NCBI GenBank assembly: GCA_038801705.1
Contig: JAULTC010000002.1
Location: forward strand, 3,072-67,071
Source: Candidatus Methanosuratincola mesotaenarum
GTDB lineage: Archaea > Thermoproteota > Methanomethylicia > Methanomethylicales > Methanomethylicaceae
Length of the DNA: 64,000 nt
Direction: 5' to 3'
This document shows, piece after piece, positions 38,370 to 47,991 of this stretch. Made by a program: the position numbers and the translations under genes. The notes beneath the pieces were generated by a model. The model was not told where the DNA came from. It worked only from the letters and a program-made list of their open reading frames with translations, and did no database searches. Every line of letters starts with the position of its first letter. Position 1 is the stretch's first letter.

Positions 38370-39137
38370 CTAGAGTGCAGTTATCTCCTCTTGAAGGTAG
38401 TTGAGGATCTTCTCTCTGTACGATATAAAGGGTGGGCTGAGCCTTGCCCTAGGGTATTCGAGATTAACGTTTATCAAGGCCTTAACCCTAGCAGGGCGCT
38501 TTGTGAGGACTACGATGTCCTGCCCCAAGAATACAGCCTCGTCCACGTTGTGTGTTATGAATATTACTGTCTTATTCAGTTTTGACCAGACGCCCAGCAG
38601 CTCCTTCTGAAGGATCTGCATGGTCTGCGCATCAAGGTCTGCGAATGGCTCGTCCATGAGTATGATCTCAGGGTCTACTGCCATTGCCCTAGCGATCGCG
38701 ACGCGCTTCTTCATCCCGCCCGAGATCTGGTGGGGATAATAGTCCTCGAACCCCCTGAGGCCGACCATGGCGATGAACTCTTTAGCCCTAGAATCTACGT
38801 CCCCATTGTTGCGGGTTATTTCCAAGCCGAATTTCACGTTCTCGAGCACGCTCTTCCACGGCAGCAGCGAGTCCTCTTGGAAGATCACGCCGAAGCGATT
38901 CTTCTTTGGATCTGGGGGTTTGCCCTTGACGAGTACCCTGCCGCTCGTCGGATGGAGGAGCCCGCACATCAGCCGCAGCAGGGTCGTCTTTCCGCACCCC
39001 GACGGACCGACCACGCAAATGAACCTTCCTTCATCTATGCTGAGGGTTATGTCTTTGATGACCTCTATCTTTTCCTTCCCTGACTCGAAGAATTTCCCGA
39101 CCGAATCAAGCTCAATAGCGGCTACCAATGCCACCAC
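38370..39137 (-). CDS. NitT/TauT (SsuB-like) ABC transporter ATPase
   Basis: Motifs GPSGCGKTT, FQEDSLLPW, SGGMKKR, MDEPF and THNVDEA. Confidence 0.92.
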   Translation of the reverse strand: MVALVAAIELDSVGKFFESGKEKIEVIKDITLSIDEGRFICVVGPSGCGKTTLLRLMCGLLHPTSGRVLVKGKPPDPKKNRFGVIFQEDSLLPWKSVLENVKFGLEITRNNGDVDSRAKEFIAMVGLRGFEDYYPHQISGGMKKRVAIARAMAVDPEIILMDEPFADLDAQTMQILQKELLGVWSKLNKTVIFITHNVDEAVFLGQDIVVLTKRPARVKALINVNLEYPRARLSPPFISYREKILNYLQEEITAL

Positions 39138-39929
39138 CTATGCCTCAACTTCGACTCTCCACCTGAACAGGCGCTTCTCAGCGATCAGGATACCGTAGTT
39201 CAGGAGAAGTCCAATTATCCCGATAGTTATCATCCCAACTATCACCACATCTATCTGCAGGAGGTTCCCGTACTTTATTATTAGCCTTCCCAGACCGACA
39301 GGGTCTCCGCCCATCATCTCTGCTGCTACTATACACATCCATCCTACGCCAAGACCCACCCTGAGGCCACTCATCACCTCGGGAAGCGCGCTGGGGAGGA
39401 CTATCCTAGACGTGATCGTACGGCTGTCTGCACCAAATGTCTTTGCCATGTCCACGAGGACCGGGGATGTGCGCTTGACACCTGCGATTGTGTTGAGGAG
39501 TATTGGGAAGAAAGCACCTATCCAGATCAGGAAGATATACCTCCACAAGCCGCTGAGGAGGATTATGGACAGGGGGATCCATGCGATGGGCGGTATGAAC
39601 CTTATTGGCTCGACGATCGGAGCAGATATGCTGTTGACAGAGGGCTTCAGGCCCATGAAGACTCCAAGCGGGATCGCCGTCACCGCAGCGAAGACAAAGC
39701 CCAACAGCACCCTGTAGATGCTCATAAGCGAGTGGGAGTAGAGGGTGTACCCATCGATATCTCCTGCCATGGAGATCCTACCAAATGCCTGCAGTACTTC
39801 ATAAGGTCCCGGAAGGAACGGAGAACTGAGAGACCAGGCAACCAGCTGCCAGATGAAAAAGAAGACTGCCAGGGAGAGAACCCCCAGCAGTAGCCCCTTG
39901 ACACGATCGTGGCGCTCCATCAAAATCAC
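39138..39929 (-). CDS. NitT/TauT (SsuC-like) ABC permease
   Basis: Motifs RFIPPIAWIP, AKTFGA, LPSALP and WMCIVAAEM. Confidence 0.92.
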   Translation of the reverse strand: MILMERHDRVKGLLLGVLSLAVFFFIWQLVAWSLSSPFLPGPYEVLQAFGRISMAGDIDGYTLYSHSLMSIYRVLLGFVFAAVTAIPLGVFMGLKPSVNSISAPIVEPIRFIPPIAWIPLSIILLSGLWRYIFLIWIGAFFPILLNTIAGVKRTSPVLVDMAKTFGADSRTITSRIVLPSALPEVMSGLRVGLGVGWMCIVAAEMMGGDPVGLGRLIIKYGNLLQIDVVIVGMITIGIIGLLLNYGILIAEKRLFRWRVEVEA

Positions 39930-39935
39930 TCGTTA

Positions 39936-40904
39936 TTAGATGAAGCGCGTGTCTATAAATGCGTTTATGAATGAGACGACCTCATCGTGCGTGAGTGTGG
40001 TGACAACGCCTAGGTCGATCATCGAGTGCAGAAAGTGCGTCATGCTCTCGGGATCAGGGGTCGAATCATAGACTATGTGAGAGAGGGCGAGATCTATGAT
40101 TTCGGATGAATAACCAGTCTTGCCCATTGCAATCTGCTTGGCGAACTCGGGGTTGTCGTTTATGTACTGGTTCGCCATTTTGTGGACATCAACGAACTTC
40201 TGGACAATGTCCGGGTGTGCATCGAGATACTTGTTCGAGACCACGAGCACGCAGCACTGGTGGTTAGGGAATAGCTCGTGCGATGTGAGCAGCACTTGAG
40301 CGCCTGATTGGACGGCAGCTATGGAGGGCGCAGGCTCCCAGCCTATGAAGCCGTCGATCGTCCCCTTGCTGAATTCGAGGGGCAGGTAGGAGATTGTCGT
40401 CGGGTTTTTTGTAAGGTTTATGTTGTGATTCGTGAGGAAAATACTGAGCATTATATCCTGTATTGTGCCAGTCCCCGGGGTGCCGATCACCTTGCCGTTG
40501 AGATCTTCAGGAGTCTTTATGTCTGCATCAACGACCAGGGCAGAACCCTCGAGGTTCGCTGATGCGATGACTACGGGCAGGTGGTACGTCGGATCAGAGA
40601 GAGCATTTGCCCTGGCAGACATCGCGGGAGGGGCACCGACATACGCAAAGTCGAGCTCGCCAGCCAAGAACTCTTGCATCAGAGTCGGACCGTTCGCATA
40701 CTCCTTCGGCTCTATCTTCATACCGTATTCTTCAAAGTAGCTCTGATTTATCGCGACGAAGAGCGGGAGGTGGTGAAGATCCCCAGTCAGGTAACCGACC
40801 CTTATGGTCTCGACCTCGGACGGGAAGATTATGCCAGAAGCGTACAGACCCCCAACAACCACAATAAGGGCAATTATAGATATAATAAGGATTTTATTCG
40901 GCAT
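39936..40904 (-). CDS. NitT/TauT (SsuA/TauA-like) substrate-binding protein
   Basis: N-terminal membrane anchor; RVGYL..DLHH, G.LDFAYVG.PP, GTPG.GTIQD, WEP and HQCC. Start at ATG 40904. Confidence 0.88.
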   Translation of the reverse strand: MPNKILIISIIALIVVVGGLYASGIIFPSEVETIRVGYLTGDLHHLPLFVAINQSYFEEYGMKIEPKEYANGPTLMQEFLAGELDFAYVGAPPAMSARANALSDPTYHLPVVIASANLEGSALVVDADIKTPEDLNGKVIGTPGTGTIQDIMLSIFLTNHNINLTKNPTTISYLPLEFSKGTIDGFIGWEPAPSIAAVQSGAQVLLTSHELFPNHQCCVLVVSNKYLDAHPDIVQKFVDVHKMANQYINDNPEFAKQIAMGKTGYSSEIIDLALSHIVYDSTPDPESMTHFLHSMIDLGVVTTLTHDEVVSFINAFIDTRFI

Positions 40905-40977
40905 ATTATGCTCCCAAAACAACCTATTTTAAGTCTAATATATGCTTTTTGTGTACAATTGGACAATAAATAAAACT

Positions 40978-41610
40978 TCATTGTATACCCTTGAGGTACA
41001 GGAAGACAGCAAGGGCGCTCGTTTCGGCCGAAGCGAAGTCAGGGGCGAAAGCAGCGACCACGTGATCCTCGTCTTCGAGCCTGAACCTGTTCACCAGTTC
41101 GTAATAGGTCAAGGGGCTGGTCTGCGAGAGGTCGTCTGTTATGGATGGCACAACGATCCTTCTGCCGGAGGCGCTGAAGACGATCGCACCCTCGGCGCCC
41201 CATCTTATCGCAACATCCCTGAGCTTCAGTATCGAGGGCTTCACATCAAGCCTGACCTGGACTGCGAATGCGGGATATGCGATGCCCATCCCGCTGAGAT
41301 CCATCTGACCAGATGCGATCATCCCCTTCTTTATCTGGCTGAGTACATTCCTGCCCTCTTGAGTGAGCGCACAGCCACCAATGCTGTCAACGCTTATGAG
41401 AGATTGCTGCTGGAGACGCTTAATTATCGTCCTGACTGATCCCTCACCTATCCCCAGAGTCCTCGACAGCATCACCCTGCCGACCGATTTTGAGGATTCA
41501 ATGACCAGCAATGCCTTGATCACGTGGACAGGGGTGTATGCGGCAGAGGGACCCTTGGGCTGCGAAGGCTTGGACAGCGACCGGACAAATGCGTTGTAGG
41601 TGTCGGACAT
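40978..41610 (-). CDS. CggR-like HTH / DUF4443-type protein
   Basis: GP...YT.VHV.KAL, GR..LS..LGIGEGSVRTII and LRD.AIR.GA.GA. Confidence 0.75.
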   Translation of the reverse strand: MSDTYNAFVRSLSKPSQPKGPSAAYTPVHVIKALLVIESSKSVGRVMLSRTLGIGEGSVRTIIKRLQQQSLISVDSIGGCALTQEGRNVLSQIKKGMIASGQMDLSGMGIAYPAFAVQVRLDVKPSILKLRDVAIRWGAEGAIVFSASGRRIVVPSITDDLSQTSPLTYYELVNRFRLEDEDHVVAAFAPDFASAETSALAVFLYLKGIQ

Positions 41611-41784
41611 GATAAATAATATCAATATTATACAATAATACTATTTCGGTTTCTGCAATCCATCCGGACAGGTATGTTCGATAAACGGTAGAAGAGATGC
41701 CTCCCTCAGATGGCAGAAGAACCATTTATGATTTATATGACTTTGAGACCAGTATTCTTAAGGAGATTTTGGGGTGTTTTTTTA

Positions 41785-42258
41785 TTGAGTGGGAAGTTTG
41801 AGGCCAAGGGTCTCTCAGGTCTCAGCAGGTGCTTCCGCGCTGCAGTCGAGGGCATCGGCAAAGATGGCAATGTCCTGTTCGTGGGTTCGCCCTTCACTTG
41901 TCTGCCCTTTGCAGAGTTCTTATGTTACAGCATAAGGGATTTTCCGATAACGCCGTATTTTATGCCTCTGTCCGAGACCGACAGGGTCAGGGAGATTGTG
42001 AAGGATGAAGGATACGGCTACCAGCTCGGGGAGTTCAAGAGCGGCGGAGGGTACAACATAGTTGTCCTCTTAGGCGGGATTGCGATGCCAAAGTATGGCG
42101 TTGCACCACAGATCATGAAAGCGGCATTCGACAGGCTGCCTGGTGCAAAGAACACGATCGCAGTGTGCTTCCAAGGATCGCTCAGAAGCCCAGACTGGAC
42201 AGGGACTTTCTCCTTCAGGTATTTGATAGACACCGACCTTGTGGTGACGATGGAGTAG
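41785..42258 (+). CDS. DUF2124 methanogen protein
   Basis: GSPFTCLPFAEFLCYSIRD, VVLLGGIAMPK and VCFQ; probable TTG start at 41785 after GGGGTG (ORF track starts at 41710). Confidence 0.8.
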   Translation: MSGKFEAKGLSGLSRCFRAAVEGIGKDGNVLFVGSPFTCLPFAEFLCYSIRDFPITPYFMPLSETDRVREIVKDEGYGYQLGEFKSGGGYNIVVLLGGIAMPKYGVAPQIMKAAFDRLPGAKNTIAVCFQGSLRSPDWTGTFSFRYLIDTDLVVTME

Positions 42259-42777
42259 ATGGGCATGATAAGAGAGCTCAATGGCATCAGGCCGCAAATC
42301 TACCCCAAGGCATTTGTCCACGAGGACGCTGTTGTGACTGGGGACGTCATAATCGAGGATGAGGCAAACATATGGCCATGCGCTGTTCTTCGAGGCGACA
42401 TAGAGCGCATCATAGTAAAGAACGGCGCAAGCATACAAGACGGCACGGTTATACACACGGACAAGGGGTACCCAACTAATGTCGGAAAGGGGACAGTGAT
42501 CGGGCATGGCTGCATCATACACGGCTGCAGGATCGGAAACAACACGCTCGTTGGGATGGGGGCGATCATACTGACTGGCGCGGAGATAGGCGACGACTGC
42601 GTGATAGGGGCAGGGGCTCTAATCCCCGAAGGGAAGACCGTCCCTTCATGCAGCGTCATGATGGGGCTGCCTGCCAAGAATGTGAGGAGCACGGAGGAGA
42701 GGGACAAGGAGAGAATCAGAGAGACGGCCGCAGCGTACCATGAGTTAGTCAAGAAACACAGGGTCGGCGCGCCCTAG
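42259..42777 (+). CDS. gamma-class carbonic anhydrase family (left-handed beta-helix)
   Basis: Motifs AVLRGD, IQDGTVIH, IGHGCIIHGC and LVGMGAII. Confidence 0.9.
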   Translation: MGMIRELNGIRPQIYPKAFVHEDAVVTGDVIIEDEANIWPCAVLRGDIERIIVKNGASIQDGTVIHTDKGYPTNVGKGTVIGHGCIIHGCRIGNNTLVGMGAIILTGAEIGDDCVIGAGALIPEGKTVPSCSVMMGLPAKNVRSTEERDKERIRETAAAYHELVKKHRVGAP

Positions 42778-42781
42778 CGGC

Positions 42782-42897
42782 GTATGTTTTAGGCACTACT
42801 TTCTCGCTGCCCCTCTCCCTTTCGCTTCTTGTGGCGCTCTTTCGGACTGCTTGGTGTATGTTTTAGGCACTACTTTCTCGCTGCCCCTCTCCCTTTC
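42782..42897. repeat. perfect 42-bp direct repeat x2 with a 32-bp spacer
   Basis: GTATGTTTTAGGCACTACTTTCTCGCTGCCCCTCTCCCTTTC at 42782-42823 and 42856-42897. Confidence 0.95.
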
Positions 42898-43071
42898 CGT
42901 GAAGAGTATCACAGCAACTCCGATGCAAAATATCATGATGCTCAGGATCTGCGGCACTAAGGACTGATAACCTGCGCCGTATCTCAGGAGCAAGGTATAG
43001 GAAAAACCAGGGATGAATGCCAGGATTAGCCCGACGAGGTACAGGATGTTTTGAATTTTCATAGCGATCAT
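42796..43071 (-). CDS. small two-TM membrane protein
   Basis: Two hydrophobic helices; overlaps the upstream gene stop; C-tail formed by the 42-bp repeat. Confidence 0.6.
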   Translation of the reverse strand: MIAMKIQNILYLVGLILAFIPGFSYTLLLRYGAGYQSLVPQILSIMIFCIGVAVILFTERERGSEKVVPKTYTKQSERAPQEAKGRGAARK

Positions 43072-43505
43072 CCCTTTGGCGCATAAATCTTGAGGTTCCG
43101 GAAACCAGAAACCAGCTCCTTGATAAGCGAGATCGGGTGGTCATCTAGGCTCCTGAATCCGACGACAGCGCACCTGTCAGGGTAGATGTGTACGTATCGG
43201 TCAAGGTCGAACCTAAATGTCGTCTCCTTGGGCCCGAATGTCACTTTGAATGGAACTTTTTCAGGGACCAAGATGCCGGCAGAATTCATCACGAATTCTT
43301 TCTGGTCAGATGGGATCTTCCTTGCAGGCTTCCCCATTCTGATGCCCTTTTTCTCTTCCTTGGACAGGGATATCTTGACCACCCCCTTAACTTCTGAAAC
43401 GCGCACGCTGCCACCCTCGAACCCGACCTCGAATGGCTTGCCCTGATCCAAGAAGACCCTGATCTCTCCGAGTTTAGAGGCCAAATCCTCGCCCACTGAG
43501 CTCAC
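43068..43505 (-). CDS. hypothetical protein
   Basis: 145-aa ORF with internally similar PFEVGF/PFKVTF segments; family not recognised. Confidence 0.65.
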   Translation of the reverse strand: MSSVGEDLASKLGEIRVFLDQGKPFEVGFEGGSVRVSEVKGVVKISLSKEEKKGIRMGKPARKIPSDQKEFVMNSAGILVPEKVPFKVTFGPKETTFRFDLDRYVHIYPDRCAVVGFRSLDDHPISLIKELVSGFRNLKIYAPKG

Positions 43506-43650
43506 CGACGTAGGTATCGGATCTGCTGTATTTTAAGGGTATCCTTTACGAAGAGAACCGCAAAAACGGCAGTTATAGATGGAAAAGAAAATACCAAAAC
43601 TGTTAAAAATAATGCTACGGTACTGACTAACTATCCATATTGGGAGTGCT

Positions 43651-44220
43651 TTGAGAATGCTTGAGATCAGGTGGCACGGGAGGGGAGGGCAGGGAGCAGT
43701 CACAGCCGCTGAGATCCTTGCAACCGGCGTGATAAACGAAGGGAAGTATGCGCAGGCATTCGCAGCCTTCGGTCCGGAGAGGAGGGGGGCGCCCGTCCTG
43801 GCGTTCACAAGGATAAGCGACAGCGAGATCCTAACCAGGTGCCAGATCTATGAGCCTGACATCATAGTCATACTCGACAAGAACCTCTGCACAATGGAAG
43901 GAGTGGGAGATGGTCTCAAGAAAGGGGGCACCGTAGTGCTGAACACCAACCAGAAAGCGGAAGACTTCTTGTATATGTTCAAGAACGCGGGGAAGTTTGC
44001 CACAATCGACGCTACTGAGATTGCCTTGAGGGAGCTCGGGACGCCGATAACAAACACGTCGATCCTAGGGGCGCTAGTCAGGGCAACCGGCGTTGTGAGG
44101 CTCGAAACCCTTGAGGAGGTAATGAAGCAGAGGTTCGGGCAGTATGCCGAAAAGAACATCAGTGCAGTGAGGAGCGCATTCAAGGAGACTGCACTTTTTG
44201 AGACGGGGGAGAGAGAATGA
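43651..44220 (+). CDS. porG: pyruvate/2-oxoacid:ferredoxin oxidoreductase gamma subunit
   Basis: Motifs EIRWHGRGGQGAVT, FGPERRGAPV and NTSILGA. Confidence 0.93.
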   Translation: MRMLEIRWHGRGGQGAVTAAEILATGVINEGKYAQAFAAFGPERRGAPVLAFTRISDSEILTRCQIYEPDIIVILDKNLCTMEGVGDGLKKGGTVVLNTNQKAEDFLYMFKNAGKFATIDATEIALRELGTPITNTSILGALVRATGVVRLETLEEVMKQRFGQYAEKNISAVRSAFKETALFETGERE

Positions 44221-44513
44221 AGTGCGTGAGAACGACGCTCAAAGGATGGAGGGAGATCCCGGAGGGGGGCACGATAACTGAGCCGGGCAGCTCGGTGAAC
44301 TTCGATGTAACAGCCTGGAGGACGTCCAGCCCATTGATAGACCAGAATAAATGCACAAAGTGTGGGCTGTGCTTTCTCTACTGCCCAGACTCTGCCATCG
44401 AGATAGATGTGGATGGGAACTATCATGTAAACCTTTCATACTGCAAAGGATGCGGGATTTGCGCGAAAGAGTGTGCGCCCAAGGCAATAACGATGGTAAA
44501 GGAGGGGCATTGA
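44217..44513 (+). CDS. porD: 2-oxoacid:ferredoxin oxidoreductase delta subunit
   Basis: WRT..P, CTKCGLCFLYCPD and CKGCGICAKEC. Confidence 0.93.
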   Translation: MKCVRTTLKGWREIPEGGTITEPGSSVNFDVTAWRTSSPLIDQNKCTKCGLCFLYCPDSAIEIDVDGNYHVNLSYCKGCGICAKECAPKAITMVKEGH

Positions 44514-45679
44514 TGAACAAGAAGGTCGGGATCAGCGGCAACTACGCTGTTGCATATGCCGTCAAGATGGCGGATGTCGACATGATTGCAGCATACCCAA
44601 TCACGCCACAGACTACGATCGTCGAGAAGCTCTCAGAATTCGTTGCTAACGGGGAGCTGGATGCGAGCTATATGAATGTGGAGTCGGAGCACTCCGCAAT
44701 AAGCGCATGCATCGGGGCCTCTTTGACAGGCGCGAGAGTCTTCACTGCGACATCCTCGCAGGGACTTGCGCTCATGCACGAGATACTGTTCATGGCATCG
44801 GCGCTCAGGACACCCATCGTTATGGCGAATGTAAACAGGGCGCTCTCGGCGCCGCTGAATATCTGGAACGACCACTCTGACGCGATGGCGCAGAGGGACT
44901 CGGGCTGGATACAGCTGTGGGCGAGATCCGCGCAAGAATCTTTCGATGATACTATCGAGGCTTTCAAGATCGCCGAGGAGACCCGCCTCCCCGTAATGGT
45001 GAACCTGGACGGCTACATAGTGAGTCATATGTACGAACCGGTCGAGCTGCCAGACGAAGAAGATGTCAGGAAGTTCATACCTTCGAGACCCCTCGAGAAC
45101 AGGGTCTCGATAAAGAATGCCCATGCAGTTGGTGTCGTCGGTCCACCCGAGTACTACTACGAGATGAAGTACCAAGCAATCGATGCGATCGAGAGGAGCA
45201 GGCACAAGGTAAAGGAGATCGAGAACGACTTCAACAGGAGGTTCGGCAAGAACTACAGGGAAATCGAGGCATATGGCATGGAGGATGCCGAGGCTGCACT
45301 GATACTCATGGGATCTATCTTCGGATCAGCCAAGGAGATCGCGAACGATCTCCGCGGCAAGGGGAGGAAGGTCGGCGTTGTCTCACTCAGGGTATTCAGA
45401 CCCTTCCCGGCACAAGAGCTCAGGGAGGCTCTGGACGGCGTCAAGGCGGTAGGCGTCGTGGACAGGGCTACAACCCCAGGGGGATCCGGAAATCCGCTCT
45501 ACACCGAAATAGCCACTGCGCTCTACGGTATGCCAGAGAGGCCGGCCATCCAAGGATTCGTTGCTGGGCTCGGGGGCAGGGACATGAGGGAGGACGACTT
45601 CAGGCTGATGTACAGCGCAACCGAAAAAGCTGCAAGAGAGGGCGCAGGGCGCTGCATCTATGTGGGGTTGAGAGAATGA
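44513..45679 (+). CDS. porA: 2-oxoacid:ferredoxin oxidoreductase alpha subunit
   Basis: AYPITPQT, ESEHSA, TATSSQGL and NRALSAP; start at ATG 44513 overlapping the porD stop. Confidence 0.93.
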   Translation: MNKKVGISGNYAVAYAVKMADVDMIAAYPITPQTTIVEKLSEFVANGELDASYMNVESEHSAISACIGASLTGARVFTATSSQGLALMHEILFMASALRTPIVMANVNRALSAPLNIWNDHSDAMAQRDSGWIQLWARSAQESFDDTIEAFKIAEETRLPVMVNLDGYIVSHMYEPVELPDEEDVRKFIPSRPLENRVSIKNAHAVGVVGPPEYYYEMKYQAIDAIERSRHKVKEIENDFNRRFGKNYREIEAYGMEDAEAALILMGSIFGSAKEIANDLRGKGRKVGVVSLRVFRPFPAQELREALDGVKAVGVVDRATTPGGSGNPLYTEIATALYGMPERPAIQGFVAGLGGRDMREDDFRLMYSATEKAAREGAGRCIYVGLRE

Positions 45680-46602
45680 GTAAGATATTCAAATCAGTCA
45701 AGAATGTTCCAAAGGAAGAGCTGCTGGCACCAGGGCACAGGCTGTGCGCAGGGTGCGCAGCAGGCACGGCAGTAAGGCAGATACTTAAAGCTTCAGGGAG
45801 TGACGTGGTCGTCGTCACCCCGACGGGCTGCCTCGAGGTCTCGACCACCTATTTCCCTCAGAGCGCCTGGAGAGTCCCATGGGTCCATGTCGCATTCGAG
45901 AATGCCGCAGCCGTGGCCGCAGGGATCTCGAATTCCATGAAGACCCTCCAGAGGAAGGGCAAGACGGACGAGAATGCAGGCGTGATTGTGATAGGAGGCG
46001 ACGGCGGGACGTTCGACATCGGGCTTCAGGCTCTAAGCGGCGCGCTCGAGAGGGGGGATGACATTCTGTACGTATGCTACGACAATGAGGCTTACATGAA
46101 CACAGGGATACAGCGCAGCTCGGCTACCCCGTTCGGGGCGGCGACGACGACTTCGCCTCCAGGAAGGCGGTCTATAGGTCAGAGGACGGACAAGAAAGAT
46201 CTCGTAGGCATCGCTGTTGCGCATGGGATTCCATATGCAGCAACTGCCTGCCCGTCTTACCCGTTTGATCTGATGAACAAGGTCAGGAAGGGGCTGGATG
46301 TCGATGGGCCAGCGCTGATCCACGTGCTCGCGCCGTGTCCTACTGGATGGAAGACAGATACAAGCGACAGTATTGGGCTGGGCAAGCTTGCGGTGCAGAC
46401 AGGCCTTTGGCCGCTCTATGAAGTCTCCAATGGGGAGACAAAACTGACGGTGCAGGTACCCAGGAGGGATCCGGTCACAAGGTACCTCAAGGCACAGGGG
46501 AGGTTCAGGCACCTCGACGAGGAGACCATAAAGAAGATACAGAAGAAGGCAGACATGCTCTCGAAGAAGTTCGGTTTGGGCCCACTAAAAGAGCAGCAGT
46601 GA
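45676..46602 (+). CDS. porB: 2-oxoacid:ferredoxin oxidoreductase beta subunit
   Basis: GHRLCAGC, TGCLEV, GGDGG...DNEAYMNTGIQRS (TPP motif) and PCPTGW. Confidence 0.93.
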   Translation: MSKIFKSVKNVPKEELLAPGHRLCAGCAAGTAVRQILKASGSDVVVVTPTGCLEVSTTYFPQSAWRVPWVHVAFENAAAVAAGISNSMKTLQRKGKTDENAGVIVIGGDGGTFDIGLQALSGALERGDDILYVCYDNEAYMNTGIQRSSATPFGAATTTSPPGRRSIGQRTDKKDLVGIAVAHGIPYAATACPSYPFDLMNKVRKGLDVDGPALIHVLAPCPTGWKTDTSDSIGLGKLAVQTGLWPLYEVSNGETKLTVQVPRRDPVTRYLKAQGRFRHLDEETIKKIQKKADMLSKKFGLGPLKEQQ

Positions 46603-47222
46603 TCAAGATGGGGTTTAACTACAGGACTGCGCTGATAACCGTCCTTTTATTTATTGTAGCCTTCGTAGGCGCAGTCTACACTGTAAGGACAGTTTCCGGG
46701 ACCAACATCCCAGTCGCGGCAGTCCAGTCAGGCAGCATGGAGCCGAACATCCCTACTGGTTCACTGATCTTTGTGCGGGCAGTGGATCCATCAGAGATCG
46801 TCGCTGGACCGCCCCCCGTCGGCGACATAGTCGTATACATCCAGCAGGGCACGGAGATCACGGACTATTTCATATTCACGACGTACGATCCGCTCCCGAT
46901 CTCTCACAGGGTGATCGACAAGACGCAGGTGGGCGGGACTTACTACTTCCTGACCAAGGGGGATGCGAATTCATACCCAGATCAGAGCCCGTCTAACCCT
47001 CTGAGCTGGGTTCCCGAGGACAGAATCGTGGGCAAGGTCGTCTTCTCGGTTCCATACCTCGGCTACCCGTTCCTGTTCAAGAACACCTGGATAGTCTCGA
47101 TTGTGCTGCTGATAATCATAGTCCTAATAGCCCTGCCCTCAAAGGATAAAGAGCCTGCGAAGCCGGAAGGAACATCTGGAAGCGACCCTTCCACCGGTGA
47201 ACTGCCCTATCCTGAAGGCTGA
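46599..47222 (+). CDS. signal peptidase I (archaeal/Sec11 type)
   Basis: Motifs VQSGSMEP, GDIVVY, ISHRV and TKGDAN. Confidence 0.9.
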   Translation: MIKMGFNYRTALITVLLFIVAFVGAVYTVRTVSGTNIPVAAVQSGSMEPNIPTGSLIFVRAVDPSEIVAGPPPVGDIVVYIQQGTEITDYFIFTTYDPLPISHRVIDKTQVGGTYYFLTKGDANSYPDQSPSNPLSWVPEDRIVGKVVFSVPYLGYPFLFKNTWIVSIVLLIIIVLIALPSKDKEPAKPEGTSGSDPSTGELPYPEG

Positions 47223-47328
47223 GGGCTTCCCTCGGACAGAGTCAAACCAAGAACCTTCTGCTGTACTTTTTTAGAAATAAAAAAGCTTTATAAACCAGAT
47301 TCAAAAACTTTAAATCTAGTTATTTTGT

Positions 47329-47895
47329 TTGGTGGGCAAGATAATGGTCAAGCCATCCTTCAGGATAGAGAATGTTGTGGCCTCGGTTACAATGAACCAG
47401 AACATTGACCTAGATGCGATCTCTGGGAACGTACCAGGGGTTGAGTATAACCCAGAGCAGTTTCCCGGGCTTGTTTACAGGATCTCAAAACCAAGGACCG
47501 CTACCTTGATCTTCTCGTCGGGGAAGATGGTGTGCACGGGGGCGAAGTCTGAGAAGGAAGTGCACAACGCAGTAAAGAAGATAATAAAAAATCTGAAGGA
47601 CAGGAACATCGTTATAATAGGAACACCCGAGATACAGATCCAGAACATCGTTGCCTCAGCTAACCTGAATGCGGAAGTGAACCTTGAGAAGGCAGCATTC
47701 CTGCTCGAGAATGTGATGTATGAGCCCGAGCAGTTCCCTGGGCTCATCTACAGGATGGACACCCCAAAGGTCGTTCTCCTGATCTTCTCGTCGGGGAAGA
47801 TGGTGTGCACGGGGGCGAAGCAGGAGGACGAAGTCAGGATCGCGGTAGACAAGATATACCAAAAACTGAAGGACCTAGGCGTGCTCTACGAGTAG
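47329..47895 (+). CDS. tbp: TATA-box binding protein
   Basis: Two repeats of IENVVAS/IQNIVAS, Y.PEQFPGL and [14 protein letters not shown]. Confidence 0.97.
   Translation: MVGKIMVKPSFRIENVVASVTMNQNIDLDAISGNVPGVEYNPEQFPGLVYRISKPRTATLIFSSGKMVCTGAKSEKEVHNAVKKIIKNLKDRNIVIIGTPEIQIQNIVASANLNAEVNLEKAAFLLENVMYEPEQFPGLIYRMDTPKVVLLIFSSGKMVCTGAKQEDEVRIAVDKIYQKLKDLGVLYE
47507..47820. repeat. perfect 41-bp intragenic repeat in tbp
   Basis: TGATCTTCTCGTCGGGGAAGATGGTGTGCACGGGGGCGAAG at 47507-47547 and 47780-47820. Confidence 0.93.
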
Positions 47896-47991
47896 GATTT
47901 GACTGATAGATCCTAAAAAAGTGGTCCTTGCTAAAAAGCTTAAAAAAGGAATAGAAGGAAGGGAAGGGAAACGGAAAAGAGAGATGGTAGA

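Noticed and set aside
42782..42897. CRISPR array
   Set aside because: Only two repeats, no leader, no cas genes and no typical repeat terminus, and it overlaps a plausible CDS; kept as a plain repeat.
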